A stretch of DNA of 64,000 bases from the NCBI GenBank assembly GCA_047495785.1, contig JBLDXI010000017.1, positions 1,302,001 through 1,366,000 on the forward strand, read 5' to 3'. Shown piece after piece: positions 11,077-22,610 of the stretch. Position numbers and translations under genes: made by a program. This DNA comes from Lepidodermella squamata. Lineage: Eukaryota; Animalia; Gastrotricha. The notes under the pieces were generated by a model. That model saw only the letters and a list, made by a program, of their open reading frames with translations, did no database searches and had not been told where the DNA came from. The stretch's first letter is position 1; each line of letters starts with the position of its first letter.

Positions 11077-11623
11077 TAGTCTGATTCATCAAACCTTCTG
11101 ACTTCCTCTTTTAGAAGCCGCTTTCAAGATCAATAAACAAGTCAATGAAATTTCAAAACGAGGCTCGTAGGGTTGCTATGAAAAACTGCGTTCGGAATTT
11201 CAAGTTTATATTTATCGGATCTCTATGGCTGGAAATTCGAAATTAAATAGAAATACGGATAGAAATACTTCAGTAAAATAGCCTGAAATGGTTCTTCTCC
11301 AAGTCAACATAATTCGGAAAATTCATATTGTGACTATAAAAATTGAGTATAATTCTCCAAAATCCAAGAAATTTAAAGCTCGATAAATTTCAAGTCAAAG
11401 CCGATGATTTCACGTGTGATTTATTGAGTAGACCTAGGAAAAAGCAAAAGGTAACATTAAAACTTAATTCATGCATTTTTATATTGAACACAGCTTATAA
11501 GTGACAAATAAGAATCATTATATACGATTTTATCATTGTAACGGTGAAACAATGCGCCTTAATCCTATAAGAATGTGCAGGTGGCTTTATATATAAGTTC
11601 AGTTGCGTCCTTTCTCGTGATTT

Positions 11624-13262
11624 CTAGAAGATAAGACGCTTGAGACCATACGGGCCCATTTCTTCGAACTGCCGGCGGGTGATCCATTTGCTGTGGAACG
11701 AAGACAGCGACGCCAGGATGGAGCCGCCGATCCAGACGGAATATTTCCGCTCGGCCGGGGCGACAAGTTTCGGCTTCATCGCAGCCGGGGTTAGATTGAT
11801 AATTTCCGTCTCCAACCTATCCGCAAGACCCTCGAGCACGGTCGTACCGCCAGACAACACAATGTTGTTGTACAACTTCTGGCGAATGTCAAACTGGCAA
11901 CGTTGGATCGAATCGACGACCAATTTGTGAATTCCAGGCGCGTCCATGCCGACTAGGGATGGCTTGAATAGAGCCTCCGGGCACATGAAACGCTCCGGGC
12001 CGATGGTCACCTCAGAGCCATCCGGCATGTTTGTGTACACCTTGTTGTAATCTTCCATCAGCCTCGCGCATTGCGACGCGTTAGCTTCTTCCAGTTCTTG
12101 CTTGGCTAGGTCGTAGTTTTGGTGGACAAAGCACAGCTTCTCCTTAATGTCCTTGGCAATTTCGAAGCCAGCGCTAGATTGCAGGGACAGGCCGACAGAT
12201 TCCATCAGCAGCGTTACGAGGTATTCGGTCAAATCGCGACCGGCAAGGTCGAGGCGCTTGATCGCGCTCGGAATGGCGTAGCCCTCGAAAATAGGGACAA
12301 CGTGCGTGACACCGTCGCCTGAGTCGATGACAACACCCGTCGTGTTGCCCGAGGCGTAGAGCGACAGCACGGCTTGGATGGACACGTACATGGCTGGCAC
12401 GTCGAAGGCTTCGAACATTGTTTTGAACATATTGACTCGGTGGTTGGCCGGATTTTGAGGCGCCTCTGTAATAGAAGAAAAAGGTCATGTTCAAAAATTG
12501 AAATAAAAACTCCTCCTTAAAATTTCATTTTTTCGCTCAAAAATCTAACGATTAAATTTATCAATTTCAAAATAATGATAATAAATTGAGCGTAAAAACG
12601 AATCAGGATTCCCGGTTCAACCCTCAACTTGAACTCCAAATTTTAACATTTTTTCAAAGTTGTTGCCATCAATATTTGAAATTGGACGTTTCAACCATAG
12701 AGAATGAAGTGATTCTCTATCATTTTATTATCTATGGCTTCAACAATTGAAGAGATGATTTTATATTCCAGATTTTTCTATCGATTCGCCAAATTCTCGG
12801 ATGAAAGCTGAAATCTCTAAGATTCGAGTGACCTGTAAGCTGAAAGCTGAAAGCTGAATTTTAGTCTCTCAATGCACTAGAATGTGTAAGTGAAGGTTCA
12901 AATTGCGTGTTTTATAGCAACTAACCTGTTAGAAGAACGGGATGTTCAGCCGGGTTGACGCCGAGCTCTCGCCAGAAGGTGTGATGCCAAATGCGTTCCA
13001 TGTCATCCCAATTCGTAACAATGCCGTGCTGCATCGGGTAGTTGAGCGTCAACAGGCCACGCATTTCCTGCGCATCATCGCCTACGTACGCTTCACGCGA
13101 CGTGATGCCGACGAGCACGTCGCGCTGGCGAAGCGGGTCCGGCCGGCCGACAACAGCCGGGAAAATGGCGATGGGCACGTCATCGGTCGCAAAACCGGCC
13201 TTGACGGAACCTGTTCCGTTGTCGATAACTATAGGCTTGCCAAAATCCTCAAAAGCCGCCAT
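11624..13262 (-). CDS. Divergent actin / actin-like protein (~392 aa); exons 13262-12926, 12465-11624
   Basis: Motifs [36 protein letters not shown]|[45 protein letters not shown] phase-1 GT-AG intron gives an intact frame (1179 nt). Confidence 0.93.
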
Positions 13263-13806
13263 TTCGATCCACCTTAATTAATATTAATTGATAAATAAAA
13301 ACTATACAAATGGGTCAATAATAAGTATAGTAATAAAAAGCCGACTAATTCACAACCAGATTTTTATCTGCCGGGTGGTGGTAACTTGCTCTTTATTTGG
13401 TCTTCCTCCGAGCCCAATGGGCACGGAAAAAAATACTGCCTATAGGTGTGTAATGGACGCGATTATTGCGATATAATATCCACTCAGCACCAAAAACACC
13501 GCACATTGTGGTGGACATTTTTTTGCGATACAGCTTATCTAAGACGTTCCCGCGTCGCCGTCATTTACACTCGCCCACAGCACCGAATGCTTTGTAATAT
13601 TATTATACTGTGGGCGGGTTAGTTATATAAACTGGAATAATAGCCGGTAAAAATACACGTTTTATCAGCAGTTTTATCGAGAAAAATTCCGCGCAACCAA
13701 GTATTTTATTACTAGATAATCTCGTTAGTAATCACAGTTTATTGCTGAAAGTAAATCTAGAAAATTTAAATAAATTTTTCGTGAAAAGTTCATTCCAATT
13801 TGCGAA

Positions 13807-14346
13807 TCAAGCGGTCGAAGTCGCTGAAGTGACTCGTTTTTTCTCTCGAGCGCTGAAAATATAAAAAAATTATGAACAATTCAAATTTTAATTAAAAACT
13901 AACATTTTCAAACCGCGTCTAACCAGGTAAGCTATCAAAACGAAAACGGCAGCTATAAGAATAACAGCCGCTGCCACAGATAGCCCAATGACAGCTTCTT
14001 CAGATAACGGACCGTAAGGTGAGGGTTCAGACGTTGTTTGAACATTCGACGTCCAGGTCGAGGTCGATTTACCAATTGTTGAAGTCATTCTCGTCGTCGT
14101 TGTTGTTGATGTTGTTGTAGTCGTGGTTGAAGCTACCGTTGAAGATTCCGGCTGATTTGGCGCCGATGTTGAAGTCTCTTCAGGCGGGTTCGTCCCTCCG
14201 CCCATACCTTGCAGCACTGTAAATTGAACGAATCGAAAAATAATTTAAAATTCGCGTAAAAAATACGATCTACCTCCCAAAGCGTTGTGGAGCGTGTCGT
14301 ACAGATTTCCGGCCTGAATGTTACCGTAGAGATTCGGCAAGACCAT
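13807..14346 (-). CDS. Small S/T-rich single-pass membrane protein, paralog A (3 exons)
   Basis: MVLPNLYGNIQAGNLYDTLHNALG|VLQGMGGGT, then a Thr-rich stalk, SPYGPLS, TM (VIGLSVAAAVILIAAVFVLIAYLV) and a basic tail. Exons 14346-14274, 14216-~13904, ~13852-13807. Confidence 0.7.
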
Positions 14347-14674
14347 ATTTACATCGGCGCCTTTTGCTTCAAATCGCGAATTGGCTACCTTTTGTTATAT
14401 AACGTAGAAAAAGCTCGTGCGATATTTCCCCCTAAATTCATTTATGAGCTCGATTCGATTTTTTTCTTGCAGCGCAAAAAACGTGTGATAGTGCTAAGCG
14501 ACGAGGACTGGCCTCATAAATTTGTAAAGATTCGTGGGATTTCAAACAGGATTCCATCGATCGTAAGGACTGATTGATTTAAAGATTACAATAACTCTTT
14601 GACTGTCTTGTCGTGTTTTTTATTAAAAAAACTCCAAAAAAAATTTAATTAAATTATAACGCTAAATGATTTCG

Positions 14675-15332
14675 TCAAATTCGCCCCGATGGCCCGACCG
14701 AGCTTTGCTTCCTGAAATTAAAAAAAAAATAATTAAAAATAAATTTCGCAAAATTAAATCGCGACCAACTTCTTTTTCACGCATTTCGCGATTCCGTAAG
14801 CCGTGAGAATTATTATGACGATCAAAACAATGCCACCGCCGATAATTACTGCTAGGCCAATTTCGAACGATAGCGGGCCGAATGGGGACTTGCTAGCAAT
14901 TTGCGTCGTAGTACTGTTGTCTTTACTTAAAGTTAGCCAATTATCGCCTGATGAAGTCGAAGTTTGGCCAGGTGCCAGCCATGATGTTGTATCGCTGAAG
15001 CTATTGATCAAGGTCGAAGTTCCAGCTGCGTTATTGGAACCTCCTGAACCTTGAGTTAATGTTGCTGAAGGGGATTGAGTCGAACTTGAAGTTCCGGAAC
15101 CTTGATTCGAGCCTGAGGACGGAGTTGTATCTGCTGTATCCGTCCCAGTGTTGTCTTTGGTTCCATCGGTCCCGGTATTTGTCCCACTGCCCATCGATGC
15201 CAAAACTGGGATTCGAAATTAATTTGATCAGCCTTAAAATTAATAAATAATTATTTTACCGTTCAGGGCATCTCGCAGCGTGCCCATAAGGTTTCCCGAT
15301 TGGATATCGCCATATAGGATCGGATTTACCAT
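14675..15332 (-). CDS. Small S/T-rich single-pass membrane protein, paralog B (3 exons)
   Basis: MVNPILYGDIQSGNLMGTLRDALN|VLASMGSGT, then a S/T/G stalk, SPFGPLS, TM (IGLAVIIGGGIVLIVIIILTAYGIA) and a basic tail. Intron phases match paralog A. Confidence 0.7.
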
Positions 15333-15630
15333 TTTTCAAATGGGATTTTTCTCTTCCTTCTATTTTTCGTGATGTGACCTTCGCGGGAAATAAAACAGGT
15401 CGCATCGATAATACGCAAAAAACACACAATTTTTTGCTGGCCGCAGCACTGCGCTATCAATAATTCAGCGCTATTAGCGGGTCGAACGGCTGATCGATCG
15501 TAAAAAAAAGTCGTTAAGGGGACATTGTTCATATAACCAAGCAACAATTCAATCATTTTTATTAAACAATTTGTCACATTAGAGCTTTTTTGATCAAAGT
15601 TAAATTTTTAGGCAATTGTGTCAATTAATT

Positions 15631-16692
15631 TTATCTCGAGAATAAGGTAATAAGTTGTTGCTGTTGCGCGTCGTGGTCTTTTTTGCCGAAATCCATCGGC
15701 ATAGTAAGGGCGGATGGGTTGTTGCTGAGGTTTGTATTGCCTTCGAGGATAGACGGGGATTCGTCGTCGATGCGATGATGCTTGGCTGTTGACGCCGGTT
15801 GTTGGCCGAATAACTTCGATCGAGATATCGAAGCGCCAAGTGACAGGAAAAACAGTACTGAAAGCATGTAGGCAAAAGCCTGTAAAAATTAGAACAAATT
15901 TAAAAATGATGAAAAAGGAGAAATTTAATTTAAAAAAAAATTACCCCAATTGAGCTAGCTAATGTGTTAGCAGGACAAGTAACCCCACTCTCAACTGGTG
16001 CCAAAGACGTTGAGCTAAAATTTCCGGGAATCGTAGTGATTAAAACAGGAACTGTAGAGGTTTCATTAGCATTTGTTATGCTGATGGCATAAGTAGTCGG
16101 TTGCTCAGTTGTAGCTTCCATTGTCGAGATCATAGCTGGAACTGTCGTGTTACCCGCTGGGGTCGTCGCAATTACAGGCATGGAAGGTAGCCATGATAAA
16201 TAATAGCACATCGTAATAACCAAGCCATAAACCACAAACATAATTGCCATGAAAAAATCCTGAAATTTTTTCAATTTTAATTAATTTTTTAATAACGATT
16301 TTAATTTGTTTATACCATCCTAGTCCGAACAGCTTGATGAGCTTTGGGAATGATTGTTCTCATAAGGCGAAGTAGGACGATGGTAGTCATGACCAGGCTA
16401 ATTGCCGGCGGGACGAACATCCAAATCCATGTTAGCGTGTCACTGCAGCTACTGATGAAGCTCATCAGCATACAGAGTAGTATGAAGGACCAGACCTTCG
16501 CAATTAAGAAATTGAAAATAAAATCATTTAAAATTAATTTTGATTTTATACCCATTGGAAAACTTGGAAAACAAGTTTGATAACTATTGTTCGCTTAGCA
16601 AGTTCTCTCATTTCGTAGGATTGAGCGCCTTCTATGCTGTCGAAATTTCGAAACATCGGGCACACCATCTCGCCGACAATTGAACGGCTCAT
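15631..16692 (-). CDS. Four-TM membrane protein (MARVEL-like topology) with a Thr-rich loop; 4 exons
   Basis: Phase-0 splicing joins MSRSIVGE...IKLVFQVFQW|VWSFILLCMLMSF...WIWMFVPPAISLVMTTIVLL...RM|DFFMAIMFVVYGLVITMCYY...(mucin-like loop)...SSIG|AFAYMLSVLFFLSLGASI. The MARVEL label is based on topology only. Confidence 0.6.
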
Positions 16693-17025
16693 TTCAGCTG
16701 AGTTGGAATTGTGATATAAGTTGCCAATATGAGACTATGATTAATAGTCGGAGCAAACACGGCTTAAGAACCGAAAAATAGAGCGGCTTATCCTTATCAT
16801 TTATCAACGTGGCAGTAATTAGGAAACGTGCCCTTCTATTTCGCCATTTGATATGTAATTTCTGAGAAAGATAAAAATTCCGCCCCGTATATTCGTAAGG
16901 ATTCACGAGCTTCAAATTATCAAAACAAATCGTGCAGATCAAATTTTGGTTTTATTGCGAAGGATATGGTTGAAATAAGATGATTAATTATACAATAAAT
17001 CTACAGATTAGTCTCATGTGATGAA

Positions 17026-17744
17026 TCAGAAACGCTTGGCGATTCCGAAAGATTCGAAAATCGACGAAAAGGGAGTAGATCGAACTGGGCGCGGGGGTGG
17101 CGTAGAAACACCGCCTCGAATGAAACTGGCGACAGTATCAGCAATCGTTGTTTCTAAAATAAAATTGAAATTAAAATTTGACCGAAAAATTGCTGGAATT
17201 AAGGCGTACCTAGGCAGATTTCGATGTGGTTTCCGCTTGATTTAACCGAGTACAGCTTTTTCGGGTGCAATTCGACAGCCGATTTGCTAACCGACCTGCG
17301 ACGACGCGGTGAATTTTCGACGACACGGATGACCGGTTTCGACGAGAACAGCAGACGCGGATGCGCGGTTTTCGGCTTCTCGGGCGTAGTCGGCGATTTG
17401 CGGCTCATCGCGCCAGCAGCAGCAGGTTGAACATTTTCGCGATCACAGCTAACTTCACGTAAAGCCGGTAGCACGACAAAACCAGGCGAACGACGAAGCT
17501 GGGGAAAAAATATTATTAAGGTGGATTTTTTATTAAATTTGTTAGTCACCTTAGAATTGCCATAGGAAGCCAGAGGAGTTTGTGGAGGCATGATAGGCGG
17601 AATGTGAGAATACGGGTTGATGTTGGTGTTGGTGTTGCTTCTACTAAATGCGGTAGTCGATGCGACTTGATAGCGTGAAATGTGCGTTGATGATCGCGCA
17701 TCGTTGCGCATGCTCGGTTTTAAGGCGGCCGGAAGTGAGTGCAT
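17026..17744 (-). CDS. Basic, S/P/R-rich uncharacterised protein (3 exons; start uncertain)
   Basis: GC-richer exons are separated by two ~50 nt AT-rich GT-AG introns (17549-17499 and ~17209-17154) that keep the frame to ...FGIAKRF*. Confidence 0.5.
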
Positions 17745-18106
17745 ACGCTGCGCGCAATATCTCAAGAGGCTGATCTCAATTGTTGCAATTGAAAAGGATT
17801 TTTGTGACAACGACACCCTGCACAGCAGGCCACTTGAACGCAATTTAAATACTCGAGTTGGAATGTAAATTACACAGATTTTCGCGCATATTAGGTGCTA
17901 AGTGCAGTTGAGGGTGCGGCAAATGTGATCACTCGATGCGTGCCCAGAAACCGGATCAGCAGACTAAGCCGTGACGAGGGTCGCGCGCTGTTCTCATCAC
18001 CCCATCCGCGCGCACCCCCGAAAATTGGTACACAAAACACGGTTATTGACATAAAAATATTTTCTCTTATATTTCTGATATAATAAGCGTAATAATTTAA
18101 ACAAAA

Positions 18107-19467
18107 TTAAAAGCATTTGCGAGCAGTGACACTTGGTCCGAATTCTTCGTAGTCTTGTTTAGTAATCCACATTTTGCTAAATGAGCTAAGAGCAGCGAGG
18201 GTGGATCCTCCGATCCAGACGTAGTATTTACGGTCTTCGGGCGCCGTGATTTCAACGCTTAGCCGATCGAGAACCAACGATTTCAGCTCGAGGGTGAGGC
18301 GCTCTTTGAAATTAGGCAGCATTGTGGTTCCGCCTGAGAGGACGATGTTTTCAAACAGCCGCGATTGTAGAGACATATCGCACTTTTTGATCGAGTTGTA
18401 CAGCAACTGATGGACCCCGGGCTCGTCGTAGCCGAGAAGCGAAGGTTGGAACAGGACCTCGGGACATTCGATCCGCTCAGTGTCCAACACGACTTCCTTA
18501 AATTGAAAAATCATAAAAAATTCGAATAATTTTATAAAAAAAAATATAAAAGAATTAATTGAAATTGATTGAAATTTCGGAAAAAAATTTTGTAATTTTG
18601 TAATTTTTTTGAAAGATTGAACTGGTATAATTGATTGATTTTTTTTATTTTTAAATTTGATTGAAATTGATCGATTTTTTAACTGAGAGAAAATTCGAAA
18701 AATTAGCAAAAATATGAAATAGTCATTACTCTGCCATCGGGTAGCATGTAGGTTTTCTCCATTTTGCCCCGCTGGGTGTTCATTTCGTCCTGATAATCGA
18801 GCGCAACACAGCACAACTTTTCCTTCATATCGCGCACAATTTCACGCTCAGCAGTCGACCGGAACGGGTGGCCAGTGTGGCGTAGTAGGGTGACTAGATA
18901 TTCTGTTAAATCACGCCCGGCAACGTCGAGGCGTTTAACTGTCATCGGGGCGCAGTAGCCCTCGTAAATTGGCACAACATGCGTGACGCCATCGCCTGAA
19001 TCTAAAACTACACCCGTTGTTCGGCCTGATGCGAATAGCGACAGAATCGCCTGAACTGAAACGTAAGCGCCTGGGGTTTGGAAGGTCTCAAACATAATTG
19101 TCAACATTTGTTCGCGATTTTTGCGAGGGTTCAACGGCGCTTCTGTCAACAGAACAGGATGCTCACTGGGGTCGACCCGTAATTCGTTGTAAAATGTGTG
19201 GTTCCAGATTTTTTCAAGGTCGTCCCAATTTACGACAACGCCGTGTTCGATCGGGTAGCGGATTGATAGTGCGCCTCGGGCTTCTTGCGCCGAGTCGCCG
19301 ATGTAGCACTCTTTTGATGTCATGCCGACCATGACGCCGACGTGGCGTGGAGTTCCGATTATTGAGGAAAACACTGAACAAGGCACCTCATCGCCGGCGA
19401 ACCCGGCCTTCATCGCTCCGGAGCCATTGTCGATAACAATGGGCCTAATTCCATCGTCCAAATTCAT
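18107..19467 (-). CDS. Divergent actin / actin-like protein with some Arp1-like residues (375 aa); exons 19467-18730, 18496-18107
   Basis: Motifs [56 protein letters not shown]-terminal ARKCF. Spliced length is 1128 nt. Confidence 0.93.
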
Positions 19468-19618
19468 CACTAAAATCCTAAAAATATCTGAAATATCTTT
19501 AGCTAATTTTTGAAACAAATTGCCTTTTTGTAAATAATTATGTGGTATATCAACTATTTTTATCATTTTTCAAATAGAACTTAGATGCTTTTACACGAAT
19601 TTGTGGGGTTTTCTTGGT

Positions 19619-19700
19619 CAGGATAAAGGTTAGGGCTAGGGCTAGGGTTAGGGTTAGGATTATGGTTAGGATTAGGATTAAGGTCTGGGTTAGAGTTAGT
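19619..19700 (+). repeat. Degenerate (TTAGGG)n-like hexamer tract
   Basis: ggttagggctagggctagggttagggttaggattatggttaggattaggattaagg...gggttagagttag, about 12 units. Confidence 0.8.
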
Positions 19701-21134
19701 TTTAAAAAAAGTTCTGCAAAATAGGTAAAAATTAGGTGCAAATGGGGGCACCATTTTGAAAAAAGGAAAATAGCAACAAATAAAAGAAAGAAATAAGCTG
19801 GTTGTGCCAATTTCGGCCAATTTCGGACCTAGGCGATACGGATTAATCCCTGGTTTCAAAATATTTTGCCGCAATGAAAAATATAGCGAAAAATTGGCGT
19901 AAATTGGCTGGTTATTTTTCTGTTGATAAGGTCACGCAGTTTTCGGTAGTAGGTATATAATATTATAGAACCCTGTGTATTTTTGTTGGTGCACGCGACT
20001 ATGAGACCACGCCCCCTCGCCAGCGTTAGTATTTTTGTCACCGAGTCGGCATTTTTGTGCTTTTATCTTTTTGCTGAGATAGCCAGAGTGGGCTTGATAT
20101 GCGTTATCGCAAATTTATTTACTGATAAAATTACATTTGAACGAAATGTGAAAAACAAACCGTTATTCACGTGGGAATTACGCTAGTTCTGTTGAAGGTG
20201 ACACGCTCAACAGAAAGCTGACCCTTTTATTGGGGCATCCGCTCGCTCTGCCGAAAATGAATAAAACTGTTAAATTCATTATTTTGACCAACCACAAATT
20301 TTCCAGATTCAAAAGCGTTAATTTATAAATCACGAGGTTAATAATGCCGAAAAATCCGCAATTTTGTTGGAAATGATTATTTCAGGTGTCCATTAGGACG
20401 GAAACCATAGTGTCGCCGATGCAGCGCTGAGGTGGAAGTTTTCCGGAGAAGTTTCTTTCACTTCTTTGTCGAATGCAGGCCATTCGCTTGTCAGGCGATC
20501 AGCCCTGTAAAAAGCATCTTCTTTATCAACAAGGATGGGTCAACATCTTTGACCCACGACCCGCGGTGACTCGCGACAGGGATATCCACGACCCACGACC
20601 CAAAATTCATATCACCCAAGGGACCCAGATATCGCGGGATCCGCGTCATAACAGCTCTGTACTATGTCCTTGATGTATATTTGTTAATTCTGGCGCCTAA
20701 TGTCACCTGGTCGATATCAGTGGAAAAAAACGCCACTCTATGAATGACTGAAAAAGTCGTATTTTTTCGTGAAATCAGTGCTATTTTTTCATGATGATCA
20801 ACGTCGAAAAAATTGGCACGCGCCGTCTACATTTTTAGGCATTTTTCGCACTTTGACAAATTATACTCCAATAAATCCAATAACTGCAATAAAACCTCCG
20901 AATGACTGAATGAATCATCGTTGGCGATGAAAAAAATAGCCACTAAACCCGTAAAAATAATGCGAACCCAAAAAACTCGTTAGCAGTGTGCACTTTTTGT
21001 TCGGGATACGTGGTCATCTACTAAGCTACGTTGAATTGTTATTTGCATTCTCTTTGGCGGAACAGCTTTCAAATAAATACCGTAATTTTCAGTATAAAGG
21101 CCGCGGCGAGTTATTTTCCCGTTTTACGAGAAAT

Positions 21135-22101
21135 GGTTCTATGTCAATTGAGCAAACGAAAATTGAGCAACGAAAATAGAGCAAGGGCTTTTGAGCAAAG
21201 ATATTTGAGCAAACGAAATTAGAGCAAAACGACACGAGAGCAAATTTAATAATTATAATTGCAGCTGTTATTTAGGCTCTACGACAATTTAGCAATGCAA
21301 AGATAAAATCCGACATTTTTTCTGCGACATTTAATCAAAACAAAATATAAAACGACATTATATAAAACGTAAAATTAGGGCCGACAATTTGGCAATCTTA
21401 ATTAAGCAAAGACATTTTTAAATTTTTATTAATATGAATTTATTCATGTAGTAGCCCTCAAAGGTAGCACCGACTTCAACAAAGTAAGTCACGTAGGACA
21501 AAATTGCAAAATGCAAATCAGCAGCGGCAAAATTTAGGTTTATTGGACGATTGAATGAGTGAACCGTCAAATCAGCAATAAGGGTACGGTTAGGTATCGT
21601 GAAGGTAGGTATAATAGAGGTACATGGTGCTGCCGTGGGTGCTACCGTAGATCGATATTGAGGGTTTTAGCATTGACCACACCAGGTCAAAGTCGACAAA
21701 TGACTGCCTAAACAGTTTGATCTCCTAATTTCATCACTTCTGTTCAATTTTGGCTCGTAAAGCTATAAGCGTTTTTTTGCGGGAATGGTAGTGAAATTAG
21801 TTATAGGTACATTTAAAAAAGTCTGTGTGAGATTTTGTCGTCGCTGGATTGTCGTTCTCATTATTTCGGTAAAAATATAATCAACTGGGGATTTTAAACA
21901 TTTTGTCGGAATTTTTTGTGATTTGCCAAATTGTCGTTTCATAAATTATTTTGCTAGATTGTCGTAACGCGGTTATTTATTGTAAATAAAATTTGCTCTC
22001 GTGTCGTTTTGCTCTAATTTCGTTTGCTCTAATATCGTTGCTCAAAAGCCCTTGCACAATTTTCGTTGCTCAATTTTCGTTTGCTCAATTGACATAGAAC
22101 C
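21135..22101. mobile_element. Nested TIR element with ~110 bp arms and 8 bp TSD (CGAGAAAT)
   Basis: GGTTCTATGTCAATTGAGCAAACG...gagagcaaattt is mirrored at 21990-22101. The direct repeat CGAGAAAT lies at 21127-21134 and 22102-22109. Confidence 0.9.
21275..21971. mobile_element. Third-level nested TIR element with 8 bp TSD (GTTATTTA)
   Basis: GGCTCTACGACAATTTAGCAA versus the right-end reverse complement CGCGTTACGACAATCTAGCAA. GTTATTTA lies at 21267-21274 and 21972-21979. Internal cgacaa/ttgtcg repeats. Confidence 0.75.
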
Positions 22102-22610
22102 CGAGAAATGGGTCAAAATTGCGGCGATTAATCGGGTGTGGTCTTTATTCGAGTGCGGCCCTTTTTTTCCCAAGTTTCGATTTTAATAGGCAGCATCGTA
22201 TTTCCCCTGAAAATTAGTTTGCAGGCGTGTGCATGTAGGGATTACATGATATTTGGTCACCTTCAGACTCGCCTAAGGTGAATCTAATCTGTTAGCATAC
22301 TCGAGAGGTGTCTGGAGTCTATAAAGGGTGTCAGCGGGCGGCTTAAGGTCACTGAGAGCTAATCGCTTGAACCGTGCGGTGATTAAACGAGTGCGGCCTT
22401 TATTAACATCCGAAGTTTGTTTTAAGGGTGATTTTGCGGCGATTATTCAGGTGCGGCCTTTATTCGGGTAGCGGCCTTTATACTGAAAATTACGGTAAAT
22501 GCATATTCTTATGTAGATACTTTCATTAAAATATAAGTACATTGTTTCCTGTAAGAAAGTTTGCTTTTATTTCTTCTGCTTTTAATAGATAAAACAGTTG
22601 AAACTTGAGC

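Larger units (their letters stand above)
21080..22495. mobile_element. Outer non-autonomous Tc1/mariner-type element (CCGTA termini, TA TSD)
   Basis: Perfect 25 bp TIR CCGTAATTTTCAGTATAAAGGCCGC / GCGGCCTTTATACTGAAAATTACGG flanked by TA. Subterminal gtgcggcctttatt repeats. Confidence 0.88.

Noticed and set aside
18107-19467. Calling actin-like 2 Arp1/centractin (ACTR1)
   Set aside because: It has mixed features (LSIRYP and PRKNRE like Arp1; HTFYNELRV and RKCF like actin) and needs a phylogeny.
19550-19874. ORFs with NPNPNP or LTLTLT runs
   Set aside because: Translation artefacts of the TTAGGG-like tract.
20530-20665. GC-rich patch with repeated GACCCACGACCC
   Set aside because: Probably a decayed repeat, but no clear TIR or TSD could be defined.
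21135-21250. Regularly spaced GAGCAA repeats that look CRISPR-like
   Set aside because: The units are too short, are mirrored in the opposite TIR arm, and sit in a eukaryotic context; they are transposon subterminal repeats.
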